From Candidatus Brocadiia bacterium (GTDB taxonomy: Bacteria > Planctomycetota > Brocadiia > SM23-32): a stretch of DNA of 64,000 nucleotides. Shown piece after piece: positions 1 through 11,058 of this stretch. Position 1 is the stretch's first letter, and each line of letters starts with the position of its first letter. The notes beneath the pieces are model-generated. The model was not told where the DNA came from. It was given only the letters and a program-made list of their open reading frames with translations, and made no database searches. The DNA lies in NCBI GenBank assembly GCA_046538485.1, contig JBKHIT010000013.1, positions 1-64,000 on the forward strand, in the 5' to 3' direction. Made by a program: the position numbers and the translations under genes.

Positions 1-55
1 CATCTGAACCGCCGACGAACGGCTGAACGCACAAAATCAAGTGGAACGGACCACT

Positions 56-301
56 GGTGGGTTCTGGGAGATCTCTCGGCTGATGAGCCGCGTTCTGAAC
101 TCCAGCCCGCTTATGTGTCAAGTCACGGAACGCGACAGAAAACAACGAGTCCCTTTGGTCTCTTCCGTCCCTTCTCCCCGCAACCCATCGCCGGGGGGAC
201 CTTTCGTTGGTCGTTCTGCTGTTTTGCTCCGAGACCTGTCGGTTTTTGGTCCGCGTTCTGAACCCCAGCCCCACAGAGCGGCGCTGAAGTCCAGTCCGCT
301 C
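56..301 (+). repeat. Cluster of REP-like repeats (two family-A copies at 56-111 and 186-301, plus a GTCCCTT-type remnant near 148-174)
   Basis: CCGCGTTCTGAACYCCAG / CTGAAGTCCAGTCCGCTC cores recur at 5221, 5485-5547, 10344-10407, 10878-10952, 12202-12253 and 34612-34697. Confidence 0.85.
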
Positions 302-330
302 ACCCAATCCCCCGCCCGGCAAAAAACCCC

Positions 331-370
331 TTGACAGCCCAACACGCACGTGGTAGAATAATTATAGTAT
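331..370 (+). promoter_or_regulatory. sigma70-type promoter with overlapping operator-like motif, upstream of the regulator
   Basis: TTGACA (331-336), 17 bp spacer, TAGAAT (354-359), continuing as AATTATAGTAT; the same layout recurs at other promoters. Confidence 0.85.
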
Positions 371-409
371 AAAGAGTCCACAGTAGAATATTCGCCCACG
401 GAGGGAGCG

Positions 410-1528
410 ATGGCAGACGCGACGGTGCGGGAGGTCATACGGTCGGTTGAGCTGGACGAGGAGAACGGTCTGCCTCTGGCGCAACGTGTGGCTGATAAAC
501 TGGATGAGATGATCCAGGTGGGTCAGCTGGAACCGGGGCAGAAGTTGCCGCCCACGGGCGAGCTGGCCGAACTTCTCGGGATCAGCCGACAGGTAACTCA
601 GGATGCCCTCAGGGCGCTGGCCGATCGCCGGCGCGTGCGACGCAAACCGCGTCTGGGCACGATGGTTCTGGAACGTCCTTTTGGTAAATCCATCGGTCTT
701 CTCGCAGCGGTGGCGGAATGGTTGCCGCTCCAGGCCAATTTTGGCTACCTGATGTTGCAGGAGTTCATCCGTATCGCCGGCCAACGAGATTTCGACCACC
801 GGGAATATATCACGGTCCGGCCGTCAAAAGGCAGTCCCCACATCCCGCAGAGCGTGGTGGCGGATGTAAGAGCCGAGAAGATCGACGTGCTTCTGGTCGG
901 GGCCATCACGCCGTCCCGGGTTGAGAGAGCACTCCCTTCGGATTCGGTGCCGGTTATTCTCCTGGAGGGGAATCCTCCGGAAGTCGACCATCCGCTGGAG
1001 GATGCGGCCCGATGGTTGTGGCGGGAAGGTTGCGAGACCGTCGGCACCGTCAGGCACGGTGGAGAAGGAGGGCAGAAATTCGAGGATCGGCTGCGCGAGG
1101 CCTGCTCCGATTTTCAACTGACCGTTCCCGATGAACATCTCTTCCCGAACCCCGGCAGTTCCATCGAGGATGGCCGTAAGATTTTTGATAAGGTGTATGG
1201 CCGGGGGGGAGACACCCCGGACGGTATGATTGTGCAGGACGATATGCTGGCGTATGGTTTGATCGAGGAGGCTCGTGACCGGAATTACCCGCTGGATTAT
1301 TCCCGGACCGTGGTGATGGTGAACAAAGGCTCGAGCCTGCCGCTGCCGGCGGAATGCCCCAAGATCGAGCTGGATTGGGGCGTGGTGATCGAGCAACAGC
1401 TGGACCGTCTGGAACGGGAGTCGGGCGAGACGAGCCCGCCACCCGGAGACTATGAAATCCACAAGTTCCGTCCGCCCCGCGGCAACACGCGGGAGACGGT
1501 GACAGCGGAGACCGAATCGAAACTTTAG
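410..1528 (+). CDS. GntR-family transcriptional regulator with LacI-type sugar-sensing domain (AraR-like architecture)
   Basis: N-terminal wHTH GQKLPPTGELAELLGISRQVTQDAL...GTMV; C-terminal PDGMIVQDDMLAYG typical of periplasmic-binding-fold sensors; GGAGG SD. Confidence 0.85.
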   Translation: MADATVREVIRSVELDEENGLPLAQRVADKLDEMIQVGQLEPGQKLPPTGELAELLGISRQVTQDALRALADRRRVRRKPRLGTMVLERPFGKSIGLLAAVAEWLPLQANFGYLMLQEFIRIAGQRDFDHREYITVRPSKGSPHIPQSVVADVRAEKIDVLLVGAITPSRVERALPSDSVPVILLEGNPPEVDHPLEDAARWLWREGCETVGTVRHGGEGGQKFEDRLREACSDFQLTVPDEHLFPNPGSSIEDGRKIFDKVYGRGGDTPDGMIVQDDMLAYGLIEEARDRNYPLDYSRTVVMVNKGSSLPLPAECPKIELDWGVVIEQQLDRLERESGETSPPPGDYEIHKFRPPRGNTRETVTAETESKL

Positions 1529-1555
1529 TTCTACTCTAAAGGGGGAGGATATGAG

Positions 1556-2542
1556 ATGAATCTGGTAAAGAGAATTAAAAAGGCTGGAACTGACAATTTG
1601 GAAGGGCCAGTCCGGAGCCCATTATCCCGGCAAGATGTTCACGCAGGCCAACGGACGGCATTTACTCTCATTGAGTTGCTCGTCGTGATCGCCATCATAG
1701 CCATCCTGGCGGCGATGTTGATGCCGGCGTTGGCCTCGGCCAGACGTCAGGCTCGTACGGCAGTGGGGAGGAGTAATCAGAAGCAAATCCTGACGGGTAC
1801 CCACATGTTCGCCAATGATTTTGGGCACATTCCATACCCTGAGGGGGGGACCACTGAAGGGCTTGGCGGCACTTACGGCGGCGATCCGTCTCGTTTCTGG
1901 AGTCTGCCGGGCAAGAGACTGTGGGCCGATGAACTGCTCGATGCTGAAATGTTAAGCCCCGGTATCTTCAGCGATGCCGGAATTACACAGGTTGCCGGGG
2001 ACTGGGGAACGGAAGAACTTACCTTGCAGGACCATCAGTATGCACTGGATTACGGGTATAATTTCTTTTTCAGTTGTTCCTCTCTTTCAGGCCATATAGA
2101 GCAAACCGACCTAAATCCTTTGTGGGATCCGGGGGATGGTAGCCCGGGCGACGGTTACAATGCGATGAATTTGTCGCAGTTCGCGCACCCTTCTAAAGGC
2201 GCATGGATTGGAGACAATGCGCATGCTGGTTACTCGTATGCCGGTGTACACATGTGGGACGGGGCTGCTGGCTTTCCGTTCCGCCGAAAACCGCGAACGA
2301 TACTGGGCGTTCACAGCCCTGACCAGTACGGATCAAAACTTTTCGGGTTCCTGGACGCCCATGTCGAACTTTTGTCTGAAACCGAATACGTTTATGAAGA
2401 TATAAATAACGGAGACTGGTGGGCGTCGTTCGAACCGGGTATGGTTCTCCGGTCTGAATTTCGCTTTAAACTGTGGGACGTGCGCCATGCAGACCCCAAG
2501 GGCGGTGATGGGGGAAATGATATGGATAGCTACAACTTTTAA
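1556..2542 (+). CDS. Prepilin-type N-terminal cleavage/methylation protein, DUF1559-like
   Basis: [26 protein letters not shown]-terminal H...FLDAHV variant of the H-X9-DG motif. Confidence 0.9.
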   Translation: MNLVKRIKKAGTDNLEGPVRSPLSRQDVHAGQRTAFTLIELLVVIAIIAILAAMLMPALASARRQARTAVGRSNQKQILTGTHMFANDFGHIPYPEGGTTEGLGGTYGGDPSRFWSLPGKRLWADELLDAEMLSPGIFSDAGITQVAGDWGTEELTLQDHQYALDYGYNFFFSCSSLSGHIEQTDLNPLWDPGDGSPGDGYNAMNLSQFAHPSKGAWIGDNAHAGYSYAGVHMWDGAAGFPFRRKPRTILGVHSPDQYGSKLFGFLDAHVELLSETEYVYEDINNGDWWASFEPGMVLRSEFRFKLWDVRHADPKGGDGGNDMDSYNF

Positions 2543-2655
2543 GGAGCTGAGAATTACATGGTGGGTATCGACTTAGCGAATTTCGCTTCAGACCGGCGTG
2601 CGGGCTCGCTCGGTAAGCTTGGCACAAGAATGCAGAGTCCAGGGAGCCTCTGATC

Positions 2656-3123
2656 ATGCAAGGAAAGTATATCAAGATTAGTGCCATTGTCGTTTTGCTT
2701 GCAGCGGCGGGGTTTCTATTCTGGCGACAGTTCCGACCACCTCAAGTAACCAATCCTGAAGTTTACTTTTTTAATCTTGAAGAGAAGTCGCTGTTTGAGG
2801 TGCCTAAGGATCGGGTTCCTCCAATAAAGGACGGCATTGGAGTTCGGGCGCACGTTTATGCTTGTGGTAGCAAAGACGCCGAGACATTTGTTGGTTACCT
2901 GGAAAAGTTTACTTCTGAGGGAAAGTCAGTGCGAGAAAACGCCATAGGTGTGCCTCTGGAAACGCTGATTAGGTCCGGCAAACTCGCGCCCGAAGATCAT
3001 CTGGTGGCTCACCCCGACCACCCTGACAAATGGTATCCATCCAGTAGTCGGAAGGGCCGGGAAATAAAGAGCCGGCCTGCCCGCCAATGCGGCAATCAAA
3101 AACCGATCCGGGTAACTCCCTGA
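2656..3123 (+). CDS. Small N-terminally membrane-anchored hypothetical protein within the pilin array
   Basis: 155 aa, hydrophobic [23 protein letters not shown], co-oriented between two pilin genes. Confidence 0.75.
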   Translation: MQGKYIKISAIVVLLAAAGFLFWRQFRPPQVTNPEVYFFNLEEKSLFEVPKDRVPPIKDGIGVRAHVYACGSKDAETFVGYLEKFTSEGKSVRENAIGVPLETLIRSGKLAPEDHLVAHPDHPDKWYPSSSRKGREIKSRPARQCGNQKPIRVTP

Positions 3124-3160
3124 AAGGGATCACAAAGAAAATGCTGAAAGGACGCCACAA

Positions 3161-3961
3161 ATGAAGAAGCAGACCTTTGATATACGTCGAGCCTTCACCC
3201 TCATCGAACTTCTGGTCGTCATCGCCATCATTGCCATCCTGGCGGCGATGTTGATGCCGGCGCTGGAACGGGCGCGGGAAGCGGCCAGACAAACAGTGTG
3301 CATGGGCAATATGAGGCAGATGGGACTTGGTTTCGTCATGTGCGCGAATGATTACAATGGGTTTACCCCGCACTGGTGTCCGGCCTGTGACGGACCCGAA
3401 ACGACAGAACATGCAGCTTGGGAAACTAACGGCGAATGCCAGGCGACGCTCTGGTACGGGAAACTGTACAAATACCTTGGGGTGGAAGAAGAAGTAAATT
3501 TTTGGAATGGGGGAGGCGTGAATCCTGCCGCCCTCCTGGCCAAAGTGCCGGTTTTCAATTGTCCCGTCTCCGCGGCTAAAGGCCGATCGGCTCCCTACTA
3601 TTCGGGCCACAATTTGTGGGATTATCTGTTGGTTCGCTATTCAGGCCCAACCAGTGGCCCATCGTGCGGCGATTACAAAATCGATCAGCTGGATAGACTG
3701 CCTCGTCGACGCCCATTGCTCATTGAACGAAAATACTACGAGGGTACAAACTCGTACTGCAATACCCACCCGGCTGCAGTTGACGATACCCACAAAGACT
3801 GTAACGTGATTAACAGCAATTATGGGTGCTGGCCGAATTACGATGATTACAGGGGAGCCTCTGGTTGCGCAGTCTATCATCTTGGCGGCTCAAACGCCCT
3901 TTATCCCGATAGCTCTGCTGAACTTTTGAAATACCATGAGTATGCAGCTCTGCTTCCATAA
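3161..3961 (+). CDS. Prepilin-type DUF1559-like protein, Cys-rich head
   Basis: [12 protein letters not shown]...; [21 protein letters not shown] (H-X9-D). Confidence 0.9.
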   Translation: MKKQTFDIRRAFTLIELLVVIAIIAILAAMLMPALERAREAARQTVCMGNMRQMGLGFVMCANDYNGFTPHWCPACDGPETTEHAAWETNGECQATLWYGKLYKYLGVEEEVNFWNGGGVNPAALLAKVPVFNCPVSAAKGRSAPYYSGHNLWDYLLVRYSGPTSGPSCGDYKIDQLDRLPRRRPLLIERKYYEGTNSYCNTHPAAVDDTHKDCNVINSNYGCWPNYDDYRGASGCAVYHLGGSNALYPDSSAELLKYHEYAALLP

Positions 3962-4018
3962 GACGAGCTAGCTCACATTCCAAAAGAAACTCATATTTTC
4001 CACAGGAAAGGTTCAACA

Positions 4019-4915
4019 GTGGGGTTTGAGAAAGTACGTGTAAGGTCGCAGTATGAATCCAAACAGGTCTTTAGTCTCCTCGAACTGTCCTTCGACAGGC
4101 TCAGGGCAGTGAGGAAGCGTAAAGACGCAGCCTTCACCCTCATAGAATTGCTGGTCGTCATCGCCATCATCGCAATCCTGGCGGCGATGTTGATGCCGGC
4201 GCTGGAGAAGGCGCGGGAAGCTGCCCGTACGTCGGAGTGTCAGGGGAATATGCGACAGATCGGTTCGGCTTTTCGTATGTATGCATACGACCATGGCGGC
4301 TACATCGCGTACGACACCCGGCTCACAAACTGGAGTCCCAACCGGCACGGGTACGGCCTTGCCTGGCAGGGGCTCGGCCATATTCGCCCGTATCTCGGTG
4401 AGATCCCACTTGTTGCGAGACAGAACCAGATCAGTGGGCTTGATGCTATGATCCATTGCTCGGCTTATGAGTTTAATCGGGACGAACTCGGTCACATACC
4501 TATGACGGGTGCAAATGACAAGCCCACAACTGTCAACAACAATTCCACTTGGATGCGAAGCTACCGGCAAAATGATTGGCTGATGTACATTCAACCGACC
4601 CATAATTGGACGGATCTGGTGGTGCCGAAACCTCTGGCAACGTATTCGCAGCTCCGTACGCCGGGGAATATGATTTTAGCCCTGGAAGGATACAACAAAA
4701 ACCTGGTCATCAATTGGGGAGGACTCTATTACAATCCCAATCACGCGGGGCGATGTCCCCTGGCCCTCGCTGACGGAAGCAGCAGATTGTATGCTTACAG
4801 GACGGGCCTCGGTATCGCGGGATATCCCTGGCAGCCAAACCACGGGGTAAAGAGCACATATACCGTCGAAGCCTTCGGCAATTACCTCCACCCGGATTAC
4901 AAAAAATCATACTGA
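4019..4915 (+). CDS. Prepilin-type DUF1559-like protein (true start may be GTG 4109)
   Basis: [11 protein letters not shown]...; [21 protein letters not shown] (H-X9-DG). Confidence 0.9.
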   Translation: MGFEKVRVRSQYESKQVFSLLELSFDRLRAVRKRKDAAFTLIELLVVIAIIAILAAMLMPALEKAREAARTSECQGNMRQIGSAFRMYAYDHGGYIAYDTRLTNWSPNRHGYGLAWQGLGHIRPYLGEIPLVARQNQISGLDAMIHCSAYEFNRDELGHIPMTGANDKPTTVNNNSTWMRSYRQNDWLMYIQPTHNWTDLVVPKPLATYSQLRTPGNMILALEGYNKNLVINWGGLYYNPNHAGRCPLALADGSSRLYAYRTGLGIAGYPWQPNHGVKSTYTVEAFGNYLHPDYKKSY

Positions 4916-5348
4916 TGAGCCGCATTCCAGATAGAGGAAACCGAACAGAGGTGTCAAACGGGCGACCGTCGTGGCACTTTGTGGTGATTGTATGACCAGG
5001 AGACGGGACCGGGGGCCAATGATGCTGAAACTGTGTTTGGATGCCTGCTTTCGTCCAACGCATCTCGGAAGCTTTGCACCCCGTATCTCATCCCCGGAGA
5101 GCAACCTCTAGCGTCCGCGGAAATTGCAGAGCCCTCTGTAGCGCGGGCCCCTTGGGCTCCATAGCCTCATGCGGAGTAGGGTCCAGCCTGTGGACCGGGT
5201 CGTTAGATCTGGATTTGTCTGACCGCGTTCTGAACTCCAGTCCGCTCCCGTTGCGTCTCCGGGAGGCACTCCATAAGCGTGAGACCTCTCCGCCACAAGA
5301 TCTTGACATATGTCAAGAAGGTAGGGCGGGGTATTTTTCGCTCGCGGG

Positions 5349-5547
5349 GATTGAGACTCGATTTCAGCTGAGCCCGCCATGGGCGGGCGAAACTGGACTT
5401 GAGGCGGACAAAGAAAATGCCAGTTAACTGCAGGTCCGCATCGCCGGGGCGGACCTGGCGTTGGTTGTTTTGCTGTTTTGCCGTGAGACCTGTCGGCCGA
5501 TGAGCCGCGTTCTGAACTCCAGCCGCTGGCTGAAGTCCAGTCCGCTC
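5349..5547 (+). repeat. Composite REP/BIME-like element, about 200 bp
   Basis: Aligns over its full length to 10203-10407; same modules in a different order at 34612-34807. Confidence 0.9.
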
Positions 5548-5901
5548 GTGGGAGCTGGAAACTGGACTTGTCCGCCTCAGGCGCGATTTGTGCACCTCGG
5601 GCGTACTTGAGATGGCCGAACACACTAAATTCAGTGGGGTGAAAAACCGTTTCTACACGCTGAACCAGCTTCTCAAGGGCTCTCAGAGCCGGATTCTGGC
5701 GTAAAACTCTTTCGGACTCTCGCTGAGTTTCGACTGCACCAATATTTCTGATCAATGCAAATGGCTGGGTGTCGGCCACGAGGGGGTCGGCGGCGAAATT
5801 CCAGTGAAAGCGATGCAGCCGCGATGACCTTGCATCCGGCCAAATAAGGTGATCTGCCGGCTCCACCGTCGGGACCCATCGGGCTCTCCCGCAAAAAATA
5901 T

Positions 5902-5941
5902 TTGACAGACTCACCACAACGCTGTAGAATATTTATAGTAT
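5902..5941 (+). promoter_or_regulatory. sigma70-type promoter with operator-like motif
   Basis: TTGACA (5902-5907), 17 bp, TAGAATATTTATAGTAT (5925-5941). Confidence 0.85.
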
Positions 5942-5984
5942 TTAATCTTGAAGTCTATGCGGATCGAGCACAAGGAGGCGGATT

Positions 5985-6875
5985 GTGTTTGAATCGGAAT
6001 CAACGAAAGTATCGGTAGTGGGGGAAAGCTGCTGGATACGGGCTTTCACGCTTATCGAACTCCTGGTCGTTATTGCTATTATCGCCATCCTGGCCGCGAT
6101 GCTGATGCCGGCGCTGGAAAAAGCGCGCCAGGCCGCAAGGACCGTAACCTGTATCGCCAAGTTTGAACAGATGGGACAGGCGCACCAGATGTACGCCCTT
6201 GATAATAACAATTTTCTGCCCCGACGGGCCCATGGTAATCCGCAGAGTTCCGATGCCTTGGAGGGATGGGATTTTGCCCTCGCTCCCTATCTGGAAGCCC
6301 ATTACGTAAGTGTATTCAAAAATCGTCGCACCCTGAAACCTCATCCGCAGTCAATGGGTTGGGAGGTCGCTGAGAACCTTCATAAACTTAAGTTTTATTG
6401 CCCGTCGTACAAACGTGTACCGGATGTTAACAGTCGGGTTCCAAACTCGGTCTGGGGCGCGCCAAACGTGGCGACGTGGGTGAGTTACTGGGGGGTGGGG
6501 TCCTACCGAATGAACGGCTGGTTGAGCCTTTATGGCGTGTCGACACACAACAATCGGAATTACCAGCTCCCCGGTCCTCACGCCTCCCTCGGTCAGGTGA
6601 AATCAAAAACTGTACTGATGGGAGAAGCGTGGGGGAACTGGGGATATACCAGCGGCCGGGCGTTTTACTACAACCCGGGCCACGGTGACCGGACGCCTCT
6701 GCTCTATGCTGACGGACGTGTCCAGCTCACGTATAAAGAGGAGGTTCCGGGCAGCACCTGCAGCTGGTGTATCAACAGTCCTGCAGAAATGGCTTCCCAA
6801 AGCGAAGAGAGTGTCGACTTCTGGGGCTGGTATCTGCTCAGATATTATCCGGATCCTCTGAGCTACCAATGGTAG
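5985..6875 (+). CDS. Prepilin-type DUF1559-like protein
   Basis: [11 protein letters not shown]...; [17 protein letters not shown] (H-X9-DG); AGGAGG SD before GTG. Confidence 0.9.
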   Translation: MFESESTKVSVVGESCWIRAFTLIELLVVIAIIAILAAMLMPALEKARQAARTVTCIAKFEQMGQAHQMYALDNNNFLPRRAHGNPQSSDALEGWDFALAPYLEAHYVSVFKNRRTLKPHPQSMGWEVAENLHKLKFYCPSYKRVPDVNSRVPNSVWGAPNVATWVSYWGVGSYRMNGWLSLYGVSTHNNRNYQLPGPHASLGQVKSKTVLMGEAWGNWGYTSGRAFYYNPGHGDRTPLLYADGRVQLTYKEEVPGSTCSWCINSPAEMASQSEESVDFWGWYLLRYYPDPLSYQW

Positions 6876-6966
6876 GAACACTGGCGTCATTTTCTGTTGT
6901 CGGCGCGATGAGCTTCCAATCTTTCAGAAAAGATCCCTGACCGTTATCCCGAGGAGAAAAGCTAAA

Positions 6967-7803
6967 ATGGTTGGACTTAACGGGCGGGGGAAGGGCCGGG
7001 TTCCAGCGTGTCAATTTCGGTGGCCGAGGGCCTTTACCCTGATAGAACTCCTCGTCGTCATTGCCATCATCGCCATACTGGCGGCCATGCTCATGCCGGC
7101 GCTGGAAAGCGCGCGAGATGCGGCGTTGACGTCCCGGTGTCAGGGACAGCTGAGGCAAATTGGACAAGCTACTTATTTCTATGCGCACGATCATAACGGT
7201 TACCTTGCCACAATAGGCGATGCGTTCGGGACCAGCCCGGGGGGTGATCGCGGCAGCGGGGTGCTGGGAGAATACCTCGCCTGTGACCCGGCTCCTCACA
7301 GGACGGAACGCGATGATTTCTCCAACGCGATTGCATATTGTCCCGCCTATTCCCAACGACTTGATTTCTTCGGGCACGCTCCCGGGCTGTTGCTTTACGG
7401 GAAAGAACCGCCCAGCATGAGACCAAAACATCTTTATTCCTACGAGACCAACTCGTTTTTCAAAGGACATGGGGACGATCCGGAAGGTCGATATCCTAAA
7501 CATTGGCGACCCGACGTGCGCTACATGCATCAGATCCCGGCGGCGAGCAAGGCCCTTTTCTTTGCCGAAGGACACCGAAAACACGGTATGAATGATAAAC
7601 AGGAACCCTACTACAATCCACGGCACGGAGGCCGGGCACCTGGGCTTCACGGAGATACACATGTTCAAATGTGGTTTCCTGACGAAGTGCCGCCGGGCAC
7701 CTGCACCTGGTGCTTAACTCCGGGGAAAAAATACGATAGTGATAACCTCAAGTTCTGGGTTCTCTATGCCCATCCCGGTGTGGACTACAGCGATCAGAAA
7801 TAG
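6967..7803 (+). CDS. Prepilin-type DUF1559-like protein
   Basis: [11 protein letters not shown]...; [26 protein letters not shown]. Confidence 0.9.
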   Translation: MVGLNGRGKGRVPACQFRWPRAFTLIELLVVIAIIAILAAMLMPALESARDAALTSRCQGQLRQIGQATYFYAHDHNGYLATIGDAFGTSPGGDRGSGVLGEYLACDPAPHRTERDDFSNAIAYCPAYSQRLDFFGHAPGLLLYGKEPPSMRPKHLYSYETNSFFKGHGDDPEGRYPKHWRPDVRYMHQIPAASKALFFAEGHRKHGMNDKQEPYYNPRHGGRAPGLHGDTHVQMWFPDEVPPGTCTWCLTPGKKYDSDNLKFWVLYAHPGVDYSDQK

Positions 7804-7821
7804 AAAACGGAGAACAGCCTG

Positions 7822-10155
7822 ATGAAAACTGAATGTCTGATGAAGATCGTTTTTTTGCTGCTTGCGATTGTGTTACTGGGGACCAATTTCGCTGAGGCCG
7901 ACGATCTCAGTCCGGTCACATCAAAAAAGATTCCGGGACACACCCCGGTTCGGCTGGCCGAAAAAGGTGAACCGAAAGCTGCGATCAGTGTGATGACAGG
8001 GAGAAACAAGGCCCTGAAAATTGCGGTCAATGAACTCCAGGAATGCATCAGGGTGGCCACCGGGGCTGAGTTGCCGATCAAACAGGGGACGATCCCGGAT
8101 GGGCCGGCGATTGTCATCGGGGCCTGCGACCGGGCGGCCGCTCACGGGGTGAAAACGAACGGACTGAAGCCGGAAGGATTCCAGATCAAGACGGCCGAAA
8201 ACCGGGTTTTCATCGTCGGCAACGGTGCCAGCGGCACCGCCTGGGGCGTCTTTGAGTTTCTGGAACGGTTCGTCGGTGTGCGCTGGTACTGGCCGAAAAA
8301 CCGCGGCGGACGGTCCATACCCGAAACAAAAAACCTGACAATTGGTCCCACCTGGATCACCGATTCCCCCGTGTTCCGGATGCGGATGATGTGGCCACCG
8401 TTCGGGGATTCTCCCTATCATGAAAAACGACAACACCTGACCCGTTTCCAGACGAAACTCCGGGCCGGTAATTCCTGGCCACAGCGTCTGGTGGTTCATG
8501 GCGACAGCCGCATCAGCAAAGTCGAGGAATATCGCAAGAACGACGAGATGTGGCAGATGACCAAAACAGGCGACCGCGAGTACACCCATCCCTGCTACAG
8601 CAGCGAGGCCGCCGTCGACGCGTTTATGAACGAGGTACGCCGCCACTATGAAGAGGGTAAAAAGGCGCGGCTGGGCATTCGCGGTGATACGGTCACCGTC
8701 TCGCCGTCGGACGTGGGTATCAGCTGTCGCTGTGAGAAGTGCCAGGAATTGTGGGACGATGACACCGGGCAGTATGGCACCGCCTCGGAGATCATGAGCC
8801 GGTTCGTGGCGCGGCTGGGTCGCCGTATGCAGAAAGAATTCCCGGACAAAACTCTCCTGTTTCTGCCCTACCAGAACTACACCCTGCCTCCGAAGGGTGT
8901 GGATTTCCCCGACAACGTCTACGTGCAGATCTGCCACATGCCGGGTCTGGCGCTGTATAAGGAGCCGGATCTGCGCCAGCGCTGGCAGGGGTATATCGAC
9001 GGCTGGGTCAAACTGACCGGGCACAAGATCCAGGACTGGCATTACAGCTGCTGGCCAGCGGATCGTACGCGGGCTCCCTACCAGTATTATCATACCGTCA
9101 ACAACTACTACCGCCGGAACCGGGACAAAACCGTCGGGTCGTTCATCAACGGGAATGCCAACCACTGGCCGCGGTTCCACGTCACGCTCTACTGCTGGAT
9201 GAAATCGCTGTGGGATCCCGATTTTGACGTCGATGCGGCCGTTGATGAATACTGCCGACGGATGTATGGAGACGCTTCGGGAACCGTGCGCGAAATCGTC
9301 CGGATTATGACCGAAGGCTGGGAGGATACGAACTGGCCCGGCACTTCGTTCTCCCCGAAAGGTATGTATCGCCAGAGCTACCCGAAAAAGACACTGAACC
9401 GAATCAAAAAACTACTGGCAAAAGCCCGGAAGCAGGTGGATGGCGATCAACAGGCTTCAGAGCGGCTTGAATACTTCGCTGCTCCTTATGCGGTCATGTT
9501 CGAAGAATACGCCATGGTGATCGAAGGCAAAGGAAAACAGCCTCTGATCGTGCAAAAAGTTGCGGAAAACCCTCAGGTGGATGGCAAACTTGATGAGAAG
9601 ACCTGGGCGAAGGCTCCGGCGGCTGAACTTGTGACCCGCCGGAACGACCAGGAAGTCGAGCCGGAATACGCCACGAAGGTAAAAGGTGTCTTCACGCTCG
9701 ACGGAATTACGTTTGGAATCCACATGGAAGAACCGCAGTCGGACAAGCTGGCGACGGGCAAGGGATCGCCGGATACCGGCGTCCTGTGGCACAACGACTG
9801 CGTGGAGATCTTCCTCGATCCGCCCAATGATGATATGCCGGAGTTCTACCAGTGGATTATCAGCGCCGGGTTGAAAATCTACGATGCCCGGGGGAGCGAT
9901 CAGACGTGGGATGCCGAGGGCGTGAAGGTCGCGAAACACGTCGGGAAAGATTTCTGGAGTCTCGAAGTGTTCATCCCGCTGTCGGCGATCAAGAACGTGG
10001 ACCGGCTGGGAACGACGGAGTGGACCGGCCAGATCACGCGTCATCGGCACGGGCGCGGCAAAGATGGTCCCGGGGAGAACCAGCGTCTGAATTTCGAGAG
10101 CGGCAAACGCAACGCGAGCCGGGCCGATTTCTGCCCGATAAAGTTCCGGGAATGA
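7822..10155 (+). CDS. Exported DUF4838-domain protein with C-terminal CBM9-like sugar-binding domain
   Basis: Signal peptide ending AEA; GH20/67-like N-domain (GVFEFLERFVGVRWYWP); CRCEKC; PQVDGKLDEKTW...DCVEIFLDP...WSLEVFIP. Confidence 0.75.
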   Translation: MKTECLMKIVFLLLAIVLLGTNFAEADDLSPVTSKKIPGHTPVRLAEKGEPKAAISVMTGRNKALKIAVNELQECIRVATGAELPIKQGTIPDGPAIVIGACDRAAAHGVKTNGLKPEGFQIKTAENRVFIVGNGASGTAWGVFEFLERFVGVRWYWPKNRGGRSIPETKNLTIGPTWITDSPVFRMRMMWPPFGDSPYHEKRQHLTRFQTKLRAGNSWPQRLVVHGDSRISKVEEYRKNDEMWQMTKTGDREYTHPCYSSEAAVDAFMNEVRRHYEEGKKARLGIRGDTVTVSPSDVGISCRCEKCQELWDDDTGQYGTASEIMSRFVARLGRRMQKEFPDKTLLFLPYQNYTLPPKGVDFPDNVYVQICHMPGLALYKEPDLRQRWQGYIDGWVKLTGHKIQDWHYSCWPADRTRAPYQYYHTVNNYYRRNRDKTVGSFINGNANHWPRFHVTLYCWMKSLWDPDFDVDAAVDEYCRRMYGDASGTVREIVRIMTEGWEDTNWPGTSFSPKGMYRQSYPKKTLNRIKKLLAKARKQVDGDQQASERLEYFAAPYAVMFEEYAMVIEGKGKQPLIVQKVAENPQVDGKLDEKTWAKAPAAELVTRRNDQEVEPEYATKVKGVFTLDGITFGIHMEEPQSDKLATGKGSPDTGVLWHNDCVEIFLDPPNDDMPEFYQWIISAGLKIYDARGSDQTWDAEGVKVAKHVGKDFWSLEVFIPLSAIKNVDRLGTTEWTGQITRHRHGRGKDGPGENQRLNFESGKRNASRADFCPIKFRE

Positions 10156-10202
10156 CGAAAAGTCTCGCCTGTATCTGTCGTCCGGGCTCTGCAGCGTGCG
10201 CT

Positions 10203-10407
10203 GATTGAGACTCGAGTTCAGCTGAGTCCGCCACTGAGCGGGCGAAACTGGACTTGAGGCGGACAAATACCGGGAAATGCGAGGTAGCTGTCGGTCCGCA
10301 TTGCCGGGGGGGAGTTGCCGTTGGTCGCTCTGCTGTTTTACCGGGAGACCTGTCGGCCGATGAGCCGCGTTCTGAACTCCAGCCGCTGGCTGAAGTCCAG
10401 TCCGCTC
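10203..10407 (+). repeat. Composite REP/BIME-like element, copy 2
   Basis: Full-length match to 5349-5547. Confidence 0.9.
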
Positions 10408-10631
10408 GCGGATTCCGGCCCGTTCAGGAGGAGATGTCACGATATCGAACGCAAGGCCCAACGGCACAGCGGTGAGTAAAACGTCCCGTCGGTCCGCTTT
10501 AACACACCGCAATCCACAGCGCGCCGCTGGCGCGCGAGACACTCCGGGGGCGGGCGCCGCCGACATCCCGGGGTTGCGGAAGATGTTCGCTGCCGCAGGA
10601 CGCAACAACAATCATCTGCTGTGTGAAACCC

Positions 10632-10998
10632 GATGGCGCGGAGCGCCATCTTTGGAGTGCGGCGATTTTTCGCCGCTATGCCGTTGTCTTTCGTCGTTTT
10701 GTGGTGGGCCTTCAGCCCACTTTTTTCTCAATGCACACCTGCACCCCAGGGCTCCGAGGGCCTTCAGCCCTCCGCACCCTGGGCTGTCATATACTGCCCT
10801 TTCAGGGCAATGAACGGCAGGGCGCGCTCGGCGATCAAGGCCTGTATGTGCGTGGCATCGCGGATACGTGGAGCCCCGGTGGATTCTGGGAGATCTGTCG
10901 GCCGATGAGCCGCGTTCTGAACTCCAGGCTCCGGCTGAAGTCCAGTCCGCTCCTGATCAGGTGTTTTGGGGGTCGAATCTATGGCGGGCCTTCAGCCC
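10632..10998. repeat. Mixed REP-like cluster
   Basis: Hairpin plus TGGAGTGCGG...CCGCT (10632-10678; related copy 60536-60603); GGGCCTTCAGCCC three times (10706, 10758, 10986); family-A copy 10878-10952. Confidence 0.8.
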
Positions 10999-11058
10999 AC
11001 TATGGTGGTTTTCGGGACCGATAACTTTCTCTCTCAAGCTGAAGCTTTTTGTCACGGA

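Noticed and set aside
2620..2634. sigma54 promoter TGGCAC...TGCA
   Set aside because: GG to GC spacing is 9 nt, not the required 10
4916..5984. Short ORFs in repeat-rich spacers (also 41-334, 10254-11024, 11780-12050, 34503-34808)
   Set aside because: They share peptides such as VLNSSPL, LKSSPL and MVSCINT only because they cross repeats or TIRs
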